Below are positions 24,770 to 36,533 of a stretch of 64,000 nt of DNA, piece by piece; within the stretch, counting starts at the first letter, position 1, and every line of letters starts with the position of its first letter. The notes below the pieces were generated by a model. That model worked only from the letters and a program-made list of their open reading frames with translations. It was not told the origin of the DNA and made no database searches. The position numbers were made by a program, and so were the translations under genes. The DNA comes from Azolla caroliniana (Eukaryota > Plantae > Polypodiophyta), in assembly GCA_043228905.1 (NCBI GenBank), contig JBHGNT010000018.1, positions 13,082,001 to 13,146,000 on the forward strand. The letters are read 5' to 3'.

Positions 24770-26503
24770 TCATGGCTCCTTGTCATCCTCTTGAGCATAA
24801 CCCTTCTTGTCTTGTGCATGTGCCATGCTTCCCACTTTGTTCACCTTTGTCGTATAATCTCGCATTAACAGGTTGATAATCTTCATGTTAGAGCTCACCA
24901 TGTTTGTTAAGATCTCATCCTTGGTAACACTCTTCAAATCCACTTGGCCCTTGTCATCTGTGATACTGTCTTTTCCTAACCTCTTTCTTGTCTTCATCAA
25001 TCTTGACTTTTTTCCGTATCGGTCTCGTCTGATCGGCTTTCGGTTGGATCGACTTCTGATTGATTTCGTATTCGGCCGAATCGGACTCGGTTGATCTGTT
25101 TTTACCGATTCGGTCCCCTTCCGGGTCGGTTTCGACCAATTGGTTTCCGTCCGGATTTGCTTTCTTTTCTTTGTTTTCACCGGTCTCGACCGGTTTGACT
25201 TTCGACACTTCTTCCCGGCTTTACATTCTTTGCTCCCACCTCTCGTCTCTTCGGTCTCACGTTGGTTCTTGGACACAACCGCTGAAGTCTCTAGAATTAG
25301 AGGGCAAGAATCCTTTGTATTATCATTCTCCGTCATTTCACCCATAACCACCTTCTCGGTTATCTCTCCGTCGTATGCATCGACATTGACCTTCATTTTC
25401 TTTCCGCCACTTTTCGTCTCTTCGGTCTCACGTTGCCTTTCAAACGCAATCGCCAGAGTCTCTGGAATCAGTGGTGAGAAAGTTTCGATACGATCATACG
25501 CCATCGATTTTTCCATAGCCACCTCTGATTCGATGTCATCTTTCGTGGTGACCTCCTCAATCAAGTCCGCCTCGCACTCTTTATCTCCCTCAATTATGCA
25601 AGCATCGATTATGCTTACCTCTTTTTCATCCGATGTCTCGAACACTCGTATCCCGAAATCTTCTTCTACACTTGAAGTGGTGTTCGCCACTCTCAAGTCA
25701 TTGACCTTATCCTTGGTCGTCGTTCTTTTGCATCACGAGAGGATGCCTTGTTCCACATCCTCTCCCGTGGTACCGTCGCCTCGTACTTCGGCCTTTGTAT
25801 CAGCCACATCGTTTATCCTTTCGATCATCCCTCATAGGCCATGTTGTTGCCGACGATATTCTCATCTTCCTCTTATCATGTCTTCGGCATACTCTTTCAA
25901 CTTCAGCCCAATCCTCAGTAAGGCCATTTGCACCATCATCATCTTCGAGTTCGATCCCGATGTCCATCCTTTCTTTCCGATCGATCGACTTCACGAACAT
26001 TAGGACTTTATCCATCCCCACCAATCGTTGTTCCCGCTCCGAGAGTCGAGCAAAACGATGCTTGAACTCTAGGAATGCTTGTTGTGCACTTCGGTGGGGT
26101 GGGTCTTCTCCGATGCCACCCATTTATCGAACTCTTGCCGATCTCGTCCCTTCGATCTCTTGTAGTCATATGCCTCTCGTAAAGCTTCTTCAAAGGACCC
26201 CCATGTAGGGTTTTGTTGTCGTATCATGTGGATTCTCTCTTGTAGCTCATCCGTGGCCACCCGATTGAAGGAAATCACTTGCAATCCTTCTGGTATCCCA
26301 CATCACATCATCTCCGCCTTGTATTCACGTAGATAGCGTGACACATCATTTCCGTTGAATTACCCATTTCGTTGCACAAGCCGGTCTACTACCGACTTCA
26401 TCTCCGACATCGCACGTTGCTCTTGTTGCATCCGCTCAATCATCATCATCATTATGCTCATTGCCTCTTGTTGATTCTCCATCTCCTTGCCACCCGCCTT
26501 CAT
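24770..26503 (-). pseudogene. Element F gag-like ORF followed by a low-complexity acidic/basic ORF
   Basis: FNGNDVSRYLREY..TWGSFEEALREAY..FLEFKHRFARL..KVLMFVKSID retrotransposon capsid-like pattern; no RT or INT. Confidence 0.7.
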
Positions 26504-29500
26504 GTCGGGTTCACCACTTGTATCGTGCCTTTCAGCACCAGATCGTTGCGTGAGTCGGGTGGGAACCATTGGGGTTTTGGACTAGGAGAAAGAAGAATAT
26601 GAGATACGGCTAGTAATGAATAGGTAAGTTATGAATCTCGTGAATCCCACGAGTTTAGTGTATTTAATCAATATTTAGATAGTAAGAGACAATTTTGATC
26701 ACAAATTCGTGAATCCCATGAATATATGATATTAATTGGTGTTTTAGGAAATATATCCAATTTCCCAAATATTATACACACCCCCCCTTACATTGTGCTC
26801 CCCATTCTTATGTAGTGATAAGGGAGTCTTAGTAATCCATGCTTTTCCTCTAACTATAGACTCCATGCTTTTCCTATAGATAGACTATATGCTTTATCTA
26901 AAGTGATCATGCTTTTTCTAACTTGTGCATTTTTTATCGACTATAGCGTTCATGCACGCTAGATATGCATGCGTAGCTTTTTCTTTTAGCATGCATTTTT
27001 CTTTTAACTAAAGTTTATCCTAGGTGAACTTACCTTTTTGTGTAGGACATCTACTTTTTAACACTAATGAAATGCTAGTGTAATGGTAAGGTTTTACATT
27101 ATTAACATGGAGGTGCAAGGTTCGAATCTTGCCTTATGCATGTATTATTTATTTTGACATTTTCTTCTATTTCTTCATATTTACTAAAACGTTAATTTAT
27201 AAGTTTTTCATGTAGTGTACGAAACCATCCAATCCGTAGTGGATGGCAAGAAAGTATGGACAACGGTGACCCAATGGCTCACCCTCCTTGCACCACCAGT
27301 GCAGGCAATAAAGGCGAGGAAGTGGGGCCCAGCGGCGGATGCAACGCCAAACAAGCCTTCAAAGCAAAAAAAACTCTTCGCCAAGCACACTCTCGGTTGG
27401 ATAGAGGGAGGATCGGCATAGAAGGAAAAGGAACAACCCAATCGAAAGTGGCAGGTAGAGACCGAGGCACCGGTAGAACCACCGATAAATCCTCTTAAAA
27501 TTAAACTGCACCAGCAAGAGCAAGAGCCGCCCACCTTGGCTCAAAGAATTAGCATCGGAACCCAAGAGGAGAAGGAGGAGGAAGAACCCGTCAACCATTT
27601 CCTACGTCACCAAAAGAGAAGCGACTCCCCTCTCCGAGGGACAAATCGGGTCTGGTAGAGGACAACACACCGACTCCTCGCTCTGAGGGACAAGAGCCAA
27701 GCAAGGTAGGAGACCGGGCCTGTTCAGCCAGAAGCGATGGCACCAGTGCTACCAGAATTGGGTATAGAACTAGCTACCTCATCGGGTCGACAGGCACAAC
27801 AAGAAAAGGAGTTGTTACTGGAGACAACAATACAACAAGGGCTTGAGGCGAGACCAGAGCCGACACCACAACCTGAAGCGCCAAGGCAACAAGGCACCAA
27901 CAGTCAATGGCTGTGTTGGATCGGAGAGCAGGTGGCGGGGTGGTAAGCCAGATTGAAGTCGAAGAGGAGCACAAGGGGACCGGTTGTTCGCCACAACCGA
28001 AGAACTCGAGAAAGCCCGGTCGAGGATCCAGAGCATGGAGGAAGAAGTTGAGAAGGCCAAAGCAGACGCAGCCAGACAGGTAAGTTCAGGACCGATAAGA
28101 CTTGAACCGGTGGCACCGGTGACTGAACAGATAAATAACACGTCAGTGGCTCCTACAACACCGAACACAAGTAATGTGTGCGAACAAGAACTCTCCAACC
28201 TAAGGGAGGAGTTAGCAGCTCAGGAGTTCTCGAGGCCAGAGACAGGGAGCAGAAGAAGACAACAGAGGAGGAGAAGCAAAAAATAGAAGAAAACCTCCAA
28301 AAGACTTAAGTAGCCAACAACCGTTTAAAAGAGGACAAAGACAAACTTCTGCAAGACCTCCAAAAGACTTAAGTAGCCAACAACCGTTTAAAAGAGGACA
28401 AAGACAAACTTCTGCAAGAAAAAGACAAGGTGCTCTGGATGGCAGAAGGAGAGATTGAATGACTGAAAGACGAGCTCCGACAACAGAAAGACAGAGAAGA
28501 CCGAACAAGAAGTCAAATCAACCAGAGGTTAAATCAAAAGACCGAGGACTTTTAAAGACTGCACCAGGATCACAAGCACTTGGAAGCAAAGCACAAGAAG
28601 TTGATGGTGGAATGTGACCGGCAATAGGAGAAGATAAGAGAACTCCGGAATGAAGTAACCAAGAACGAACGAAGGCGGTTGAGTCGGCAAAGCTACTAGA
28701 GGAAGCGGTAAGAGAAAGGACGGTGCTCACCAGACAACATTATGAAGAGATGGAACGAGCAAAATTGGCTCTGAATAGGGTTCAGACAACGTATTAGACC
28801 CAATTGCTGGAATATGGGGTGCAACCACAGGCAACCACAGGCTTGATAAAGAAGTTCAAGGAGGAAAAGCAGGTTGTAGAGGACAAATCCAAGATGGGGC
28901 TTAGCCGGATCCACGCCATTGTGCTAGCATGGAAATAAAGAACAAAGAGTATGATTGATGAAAGCTTAGTGCAATGGTGGTCAAAATGGGCACAATAGAC
29001 GGCGGAATTATAGACTTTGTGAGCGGATGCTGAGAACCGGAGAACAGGCGGTGACAACTTCTACAAGATGGATGCGGAGAGCATTGTAACCATCCGGGAG
29101 GAGTTGTCGGACAATTTCTTGTCTCTAGAAGGAGAACAATTGGCAGCTGTGAGGCAATTGGTAGAACAGTTGGATGATGACCAACTTGCCACTCAACTCC
29201 AATTTGAGTACGAGCGGGAGCGTAGACGACAAGTGGCATCGCAAATGATGGCGGAATCAACATAAGTGACGGAGAGCAATCTCCGGAGCAGCCACCGAAT
29301 GTAGCGGGAACTAGAGGAGGCCAGCTAGACGAAGCCCGACTGGAGCAGCCAGAAGTAGCCAGACCGGAAGAGACAGTGGAAGCAGAACGGGAGGAATAGG
29401 AGAAGCCAAGGACGGAGGAGCTAGACCGGAGGGGCCGAGACCAATAGAGTCAGGAGCGGATGGCGCCGGAGAGGAGGATCAGGCTAGAGAGCAACAACGA

Positions 29501-29688
29501 CAACGACAACAACAACAACAATCAGAGTAGCAACAACAAAAGTGGATGGAGCAACTACCCAATGAACCGTTGGAACCCCTAGACCAGAGTATTCTGGACA
29601 TTCTGGAAGATGAGTGAAGGAAGGGGCTAACCCCACGGGCATGCCATGTGTTGGCCGGTTAGGCCAAAGTATGAAAGGGGAGCTAGTT

Positions 29689-30090
29689 TGGGGATAAAAG
29701 GAGTTGTAATTAGAATTAATTATTATAATTATAAGATCAGACGAACAGACCCGGAATTGGTATGCCGATCCGGATCCGGACCAGTTCCTATCTGGTTGCC
29801 GGTTGGCACTGGTTTGTAACACAACCGGTTACCTATAAAAGGATCCGGATATGATGTAACTAGAGACGGATAATTAATAGAGAAGTGCTATTATTTTCAT
29901 ATCTTTTTATCTTGTCATTTATGTTCTATGTTTAACGGGTTGATCTTACGCGTGTAACTAATCGATCCGGATAACAATCGGAGAGGATCGGTTCTGTGAA
30001 GGTCTTCCCATTCCTTACCATACCACCCCTTTGGTGAAGTGTTCCGGAAGGACACCCTGTGTTAATGGCTTGTCCAACCCAGGATTAACA
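29689..30090 (+). repeat. Single internal LTR of Gypsy C
   Basis: Preceded by purine tract gaaaggggag; cctataaaagg TATA; ends ggattaaca followed by PBS-like tttggtgaccacga; left boundary approximate. Confidence 0.7.
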
Positions 30091-30500
30091 TAGTTTTGGT
30101 GACCACGATTCCTACAGAAAGCAGTGAACAGCGGGGGAATGGATGACTAAACCAACGAACGACCCAGTTGTTGAACGAGCAAGAAGACTAACCAAGAGAT
30201 TGTGGAGGCGAGAGGCTTACCAACATGCGGCAGAGGAAATCCGTGCGAATCGGTCTTTTTCCAAGGTGATTCGGAAGGACACCCTATGTTAATGGCCTGT
30301 CCAGCCCAGGATTAACATAGTTTTGGTGACCACGATTCCTACAGAAAGCAATGAACAACGGGGGAATGGATGACTAAACCAACGAACGACCCAGTTGTTG
30401 AACGAGCAAGAAGACTAACCAAGAGATTGTGGAGGCGAGAGGCTTACCAGCATGCGGCAGAGGAAATCCGTGCGAATTAGTCTTTTTCCAAGGTGATTCG
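30045..30500. repeat. 227-bp tandem duplication covering LTR end, PBS and gag leader
   Basis: gacaccct at 30051 and 30278; ggattaacatagttttggtgaccacg occurs twice. Confidence 0.9.
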
Positions 30501-30525
30501 GTGGGTTGCGGAGGAGTCACTCTAA

Positions 30526-32528
30526 TTGCAACAGAACCACCACCCGGACGAAGGAAGTAGTCTGAGCAATCTGCAGGAAGCAGAGTCCATTCTGCAGACA
30601 CTTGCCGCAAGAGACAGCGATTCAGGAGTGTTCTTTGCCATCGAATTGGATTCAGACGGCGAACATAGCATCCAATCGAATTATTGTAGTAGCCACGATA
30701 CCCCAAACGGCCCGAAAGACGACGAGTCGGACCACAGACCGACACCAGAGCCAGAGACAATAAAACCGGAGCCGAAGACAACAAAACCAAAATCTTCGGA
30801 CAAAATGACCGGTGCGGACCACCAAGAGGAGGAGCGAGTTCCGACACCACCACCCGAGTCACCAAAGGAACAGGAGGAGCGAGTTCTGACACCACCACCG
30901 GAGTCACCAAAGGAACAGGAGGAGCGAGTTCCGACACCACCACCGGAGTCACCAAAGGAACAGGAGGAGCGAGTTCCGACACCACCACCAGAGTCACCAA
31001 AGGAACAGGAGGGGCGAGTTCAGACACCGCCCCTAGCAACACAAGAAGACGACGACACAATGTTGTACCAATATCCGAAGTATCGGGATGACCCAGACGT
31101 GGAAGCCCACGTATACACGTTTCTCCAAACATGGGAGGCGAACCATGTCTCCCAACGACTGAACGAAGCAGAGGCCGAGTGGTCAAAGATAGCGCAATTC
31201 GGCATGACCTTGCAGGGACCGGCGGCACGATGGCACTCTAAGCACCTCCTCGGCAGTATTGACACATTCGAAGAGTTAAAGACAAGATTTCTACGATTCT
31301 TCCACAAGCAAGTGGATCAAAGGGAAATTGTCGGACAATTCTATACGACACGACAGGACCCAACAAAAACCATTCAGCAGTTCGTCATATGGTTCCAGGA
31401 AATGCATAGTCAACTCACCAAAGCACCGTTGGAAGAAGAAGCGAAAGTGGTATTTTTGGTGGCACTCCGGGAACCCCTCCGAACAATGTGTGCAGTCATA
31501 GATTTTCGGACCAGCACAATAGACCAGGTCATTGACCGAGTCATGGAAATGGACAAGAATAGTTCTTGGCTAACAATGGGGGCACTCCAACGAGCACTCC
31601 CTACCGGAGAGGACCTACGGTTTCACCAAGCGGTCCAATGCACGACATGGCTTAATCCCGAGCACTCAACAATAGAGTGCACGATGAGATCGCAATGCAT
31701 GTTATGCCATTCTGGGTCACACACAATGGACCGTTGTGAATAAAACCTGCTAAATCGGCAAGTTGCAGCAGTCCGACACATCGAAACCCGGAACGACCAA
31801 GAAGACGAAGAAGAACGATTTCGGCGAGAAGATCGCTACAGACCGATACAAGACGTCGGATACAGCGATTGACGGGATGATTATGATCGGGACCGGAATG
31901 ATCGAAATCAGGACTATAACGACGATCGTTATGATCGAGATCACTCCTCCGGCTACAATCGGAGGAGAGAGGATCAACGGGGAGACTATGATGATCAGCA
32001 CCGACAAGGATATCAGAACAACCGACGCTATAATAAAAAATAGAACACTCGAAAAGAGGAGCGTTGGGAACCGGTGAAGGATTACCAACAGGAGCCGGAT
32101 AGAAGCATAACTAGCGCTCAATCGGAACAACGAAGAATAGAGGAGCCCAATCGGGCATTATCCGGTTTTCAGCTAGGTAACACGCCAAAAACAGAGTCTA
32201 GCAATACACGGAAGGTGTATTGCTACTATTGCCGGTAGGACGGGCACTACAACAATTAGTGTCCAATGAAGACTAACGAAAAACGGTCGGCAATCAACAT
32301 GGTGGTCGTGGAGGTGGCCAACATCCAGCAAGTCACCACTGGATCGAAAGGGACGATGGCTGAATGGGAGGCTCAGGAAGCTATCCAAAAACAAGCCACA
32401 AAATGGATCGAAAACGATAACGAACGGAATGTCACCGAACTACAGGAGCAAAGGAAAACATCAGAGGAACCCACAGAGATGATGCAGCAGGTGAACCCCA
32501 CGTGGTAGGCACTACAGGAATATCCAGA
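30526..32528 (+). pseudogene. Gypsy C gag with 15-aa ERVPTPPPESPKEQE repeats and Zn knuckles
   Basis: AQFGMTLQGPAARW..TFEELKTRFLRFF capsid motif; CMLCHSGSHTMDRC and CYYC..GHY...C knuckles. Confidence 0.85.
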
Positions 32529-33909
32529 CAATGGCCGTAAAGCAACCGGATCAGCGGCCAAGAAGTGGTTGGAGTGGTCAGATAACATCCAAAATGGTCG
32601 GATATGGGTTGGAGCGACGACGACGGCTCGACAACCAACGATAGGAACAAAGATAACGTTGAAAGAAGATCCGAGAGACACTGGCCGAAGATGGAGTTGG
32701 CTGAACAGTGGAAAGCTTGAGAAAAGCAATGGTGATAGAGTGGAAGTCGACCAAAATGGCCAGAGATGGGAGCAGCCAGACAACAACAGAACCGATTGCC
32801 GGAAATCTGGCCGGAACGGATCGGACGACGATGGGAACGAGCTAGAGTAAGACGGATCGATGGCCAGAATGGCGACGCCGACAGAGACTGACGAGAGACT
32901 AGAAAAGTGTCGGCCAAAAAGTGGTGGGAGTGGCCGAATGGCTCCAGAACAGAGACGACAACAGAGCCGGAGACACAGACGCAGACTCAAACGGACGGAA
33001 ACCGACAAAGACGGTGATGGAGTCCGCAACGGAGTGGTGGCCGGACAACGGCCAAGACATAGACGGAAAAGGCTAGAGAGGCCGAAAAGCGGCAGCCAAA
33101 CCGAGGGTCGAATAGCAGAAAGAGACCGACTAGACAGGGCCAAACAAAGAGAGAGACGTCGACATAGATGGATAGCGAAGCGACGGATGAAGCAACAAAG
33201 ATGGACGAGAAACAAAACAGAGAAAACAGAAAGAAGAAAGAAGAAGACATATGAAGCAGAAAATAAGAAGAAGAGAGAAGAGCAATGCAGAGGAAAAGAA
33301 GAATAAGAGAAAGAAGCAAGAGAGAGGAAGTGGAAGGAGAGGATGATAGAAGCCTCAGAAGAAAAGAAAGAGAAAAGGGAAGAAGAAATAGAAAACACAG
33401 AGATAGAAAGAGGAGGAAACAGAAGAAAGATATAAACCAACGGGCAGAAGGAAGAAGAAGAACTAGAAGAAAACACAAAAGGAGAGGGGAAAAGAAAAAT
33501 AAAAGGGCATGTAACAAATATTGAAACCCTGAGGGTACTGAATGAAATTTTCAAAACTCGAGGGTATATAATAAAAATTTTAAAAACCAAACGGCACCTA
33601 AGAAATTTCGAAAACTCATCAACCTAAAAGAAATGGACGCGATCGACACACAACTCACAAAATCAACAAAAGGAAGATACACATACACACAACTTTTTTG
33701 GACCCATGATATCAATGTTCGTGAACTGACAGAACGGGAATGTTCGTGTCGATGAAGATTCGCTAACCAAAGGAGATGTTCGAGTCAAGCACTTTGATCC
33801 AGGGAGTCGATTGTTGAGATGATCGATGGAAATTCCGGTCGAAGAAAGATTATGATCAAGGCATGTGGGATCAACGTGCAAGGCACTCTCCCACGGGCGT
33901 ACCATATTG

Positions 33910-34403
33910 TGTTACCGTACGAGATGTACGGGTGATTGATAAGTGAGGGTGAAAGATGTAATGTATGTGTAATGTTATGCGATTATGAGTGTGAATGTAA
34001 GTGTGAGTGTGGTGGATACAAAGAGGTGTGAATGTATGACTAGGTGTGAATGCCCAAGGGGACTTGCACCCTTGTGTATCTACCCTTTTGTAACTATTTA
34101 ACCCCCCTTATGGGGAATGAATGAATACAATGCACATTTCTCTCTCAATTTCTCTCTCTTGTCATCTCACTTTCTCTCTCTCTTCCTTCTCCTTTACATT
34201 GAAACCCCTTGGGAGGGGGGTGGAGCCATTCTAGGCACCACCCCCCACTCCTCAATGTTTGTCAACATCTTCATGATCTCTCACCATCATACCGTTCATC
34301 CTCTTCACTATTACACCATGTCTATCTTCACCATTTGCATCCCCATCGCTAGCCAATTATCATCATTGTCATAATCATTATCCCTAACCCTAAACATACA
34401 ACA
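33910..34403. repeat. Complete right LTR of element B
   Basis: TGTT...AACA followed by TSD ATGAC. Confidence 0.85.
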
Positions 34404-34408
34404 ATGAC

Positions 34409-35700
34409 AACAACTTTCGTGAACGAATCGGATCCTCAAACTATTCAAGAAGCAAAAGCATCTCCTGTTTGGGATAAGTGGAAAGAAGCTATTCAAATTG
34501 AGCTAAATAAGCTTCTCAAACGACGCGTTTTTGGTAAAATTCAAGAGACGCCTATTGGTCAAACGCCCATTTGGTATCGTTGGGTTTTTGTGCGGAAGCG
34601 TAATGATAAAGGAGAAGTTATTCGTTATAAGGCAAGGTTTGTTGCTCAAGGTTTCACGCAATGATTTGGTATTGATTATACTGATACATATTCTCTGATT
34701 ATGGATGCAACGAGTTTTCGTTGGTTGATTCATTTTAATGTTCAATGAAGTCTTCATATGCGTCTCATAGATGTGGTTACAACTTATCTCTTATGGTAAT
34801 TTGGATAAAGATATATACATGAAGATACCTGAAGAACTTTTCAACTCTACGCAACTTGGAAAATTTTGCAATCCATCAATCAAGTTATGTAAGTCACTTT
34901 ATGGACTTAAACAAGCCGGTCGTATGTGGTATCAACATCTCTCTCAATATCTTCTTTCTCATGGATTTAAAGATGATGATATTTGTCCTTGCATATTTAT
35001 CAATCATCATCTCAAAGAGTTTTTCATAATCGTTATTTATGTTGATGATCTCAATATTATTGGAACATCCAATGCTATTGAAAATGTTGTTCTTATGCTT
35101 AGCTGCCAATTTGAAATGAAAGACCTCAGTTTAACTACATTTATCTTGGGTCTTCATATCAAGCACCTATCTAATGGAATTCATCTTCATCAGAGCTTTG
35201 ATATACATAAAATATTAAAATGGTTTTCTATGTATCAAGCTCATTTTATTAGAACTCCTATGGTAGTGAGCTCTCTGGATCCTTCTCATGACCCATTTCG
35301 GCCAAGATCTTCTAACGAGTCAGCATTGGGACCACAGTATCCTTACATGGTTGTTGTTGGTGCACTTATGTACTTGGCCAATTGTACACGTTCAGACATT
35401 TCATTCACTGTCAATTTGTTGGCTCGGTATAGTCACAATCCCACTAGGCGACACTGGACTGGAATTTTAAGTTTTTCAATATTTACGAGGTACTCAAGAT
35501 ATGGATCTTTTCTTTACCAACGGTTCTATGCATGGTCAATTGACCGGTTATTCTGACGTTGGGTTCTTATCTGACCCTCATGTTGGTAGATCACAAACAA
35601 GATATGTTTTCCTTTTTGGTGGCATAACAATCTCTTGGTGATTGACAAAGCAAACATTAGTCGCAACATCTTCAAATCATGCTGAGATATTTTTACCAAA
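34409..35700 (+). pseudogene. Element A reverse transcriptase and partial RNase H
   Basis: WVFVRKRNDKGEVIRYKARFVAQGFTQ, KSLYGLKQAGRMW, IYVDDLNIIG, LMYLANCTRSDI. Confidence 0.92.
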
Positions 35701-35825
35701 AGCTTACCTGCATCAAAACATTGGTTGAACATTCCTTCTCTCGGACTCAGAAGATTATAAAGCTGATGAGCTAAAACAATGATGATGAGATGAGGGGGAG
35801 TGTTATGAACTCATGCATGAAATGA

Positions 35826-35991
35826 TGTTTAAAAATAATTTTAAAATTTTTTTTAAAATTTAAAAAAAAATAAAAAATCGTTAAACCGTTTAAACCGCAG
35901 TTTTTTACTGTTGAAACCGTTAAGCCGTTAAGCCGTTAAGCCATGGTTTCGCTGTTCGGTCCGGTTCAAACCGACATGTTGCCGATTGTTA
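35826..35991. mobile_element. Terminal fragment of a DNA transposon/MITE (hAT-like, AACCG-rich subterminus)
   Basis: Ends gttgccgattgtta; many aaccg/agccg motifs; homologous to 46433-46650. Confidence 0.55.
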
Positions 35992-36533
35992 ACCATGACC
36001 TTAATGTTTTAATAGTTGTAAGTAGTAGACAAGGCAGAAAGGCCAGTTGGATGAACTAGTGTGAACTCTCCAACCCCAAGTTATATAAATGAAGATAATG
36101 TTGCTTAGAGGCTAACTCATGTAATATCCTATTATTATTATTGTACTCATAGTGTTAGAGGCATTGTCGTGATTTCGAGTGTGTGAAGGGAGAAAAACTC
36201 TTAAATGTGAAAATTTATAGATTTGGGTCAAAGATCATTGAGTAATATATACCGACATGTTGCCGATTGTTAACCATGACCTTAATGTTTTAATAATTGT
36301 AAGTAGTAGACAAGGCAGAAAGGCCAGTTGGATGAACTAGTGTGAACTCTCCAACCCCAAGTTATATAAAAGAAGATAATGTTGCTTAGAGGGTAACTCA
36401 TGTAATATCCTATTATTATTATTGTACTCATAGTGCTAGAAGCATTGTCGTGATTTCGAGTGTGTGAAGGGAGAAAAACTCTTAAACGTGAAAATTTATA
36501 GATTTGGTCAAAGATCATTGAGTAATATATACC
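35970..36533. repeat. 281-bp near-perfect tandem duplication
   Basis: accgacatgttgccgattgttaaccatgacc at 35970 and 36251. Confidence 0.92.

Larger units (their letters stand above)
22920..27223 (-). mobile_element. Element F: gag-only LTR retroelement with a palindromic (fold-back) LTR; 5' LTR truncated
   Basis: Full LTR 22920-24559 (TG...CA); partial LTR 26519-27223 repeats 22920-23600; minus-strand PBS tggtgaacccgac at ~26504-26516; gag-like ORF remnants. Confidence 0.8.
22645..29470 (+). pseudogene. Gypsy C additional 3' ORF (coiled-coil rich), split by element F into 22645-22919 and 27224-~29470
   Basis: MALSEIPKKRF start after INT; long E/K/Q/R-rich helical ORF remnants (27984-28286, 29068-29265) before the PPT/LTR. 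Confidence 0.6.
3948..32528 (+). mobile_element. Element C: Ty3/Gypsy (non-chromovirus-like) in permuted order pol - extra ORF - single LTR - gag
   Basis: PR/RT/RH 3948-6347, INT 20759-22167, extra ORF, LTR ~29689-30090, gag 30526-32528; ~165-bp terminal overlap. Confidence 0.8.
3519..34403 (-). mobile_element. Element B: LTR element with no recognisable coding capacity, inserted in A; 5-bp TSD ATGAC
   Basis: Direct repeats 3519-3947 (truncated) and 33910-34403; ATGAC at 3514-3518 and 34404-34408; PBS-like tggtacgcccgtggga on the minus strand at ~33890-33905 suggests minus orientation. Confidence 0.8.
1162..35825 (+). mobile_element. Element A: Ty1/Copia LTR retrotransposon (Bianca-like), outermost layer of the nest, decayed
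   Basis: 5' LTR TGTTAT...ATAACA, PBS cgttattagcacga, gag-PR-INT at 1501-3518, RT-RH at 34409-35700, PPT gagggggag, then the same LTR start tgttatgaactcatgcatgaaatga at 35801. Confidence 0.88.

Noticed and set aside
25140-26003. 287-aa plus-strand ORF and other antisense ORFs over retroelements (e.g. 30374-31228)
   Set aside because: Shadow frames opposite recognisable gag/pol coding strands.
22920-27223. DIRS/tyrosine-recombinase element (inverted terminal repeats)
   Set aside because: TG...CA ends, a tRNA-type PBS and a directly repeated LTR part fit an LTR element; no YR or RT is seen.
32373-33590. 405-aa minus-strand ORF and overlapping R/K-rich ORFs
   Set aside because: By-product of GA/CT low complexity; S/L/F-rich with no domain motifs; crosses an element junction.
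34381-34394. Telomere-like ccctaaccctaaa
   Set aside because: Only two units, inside an LTR end.
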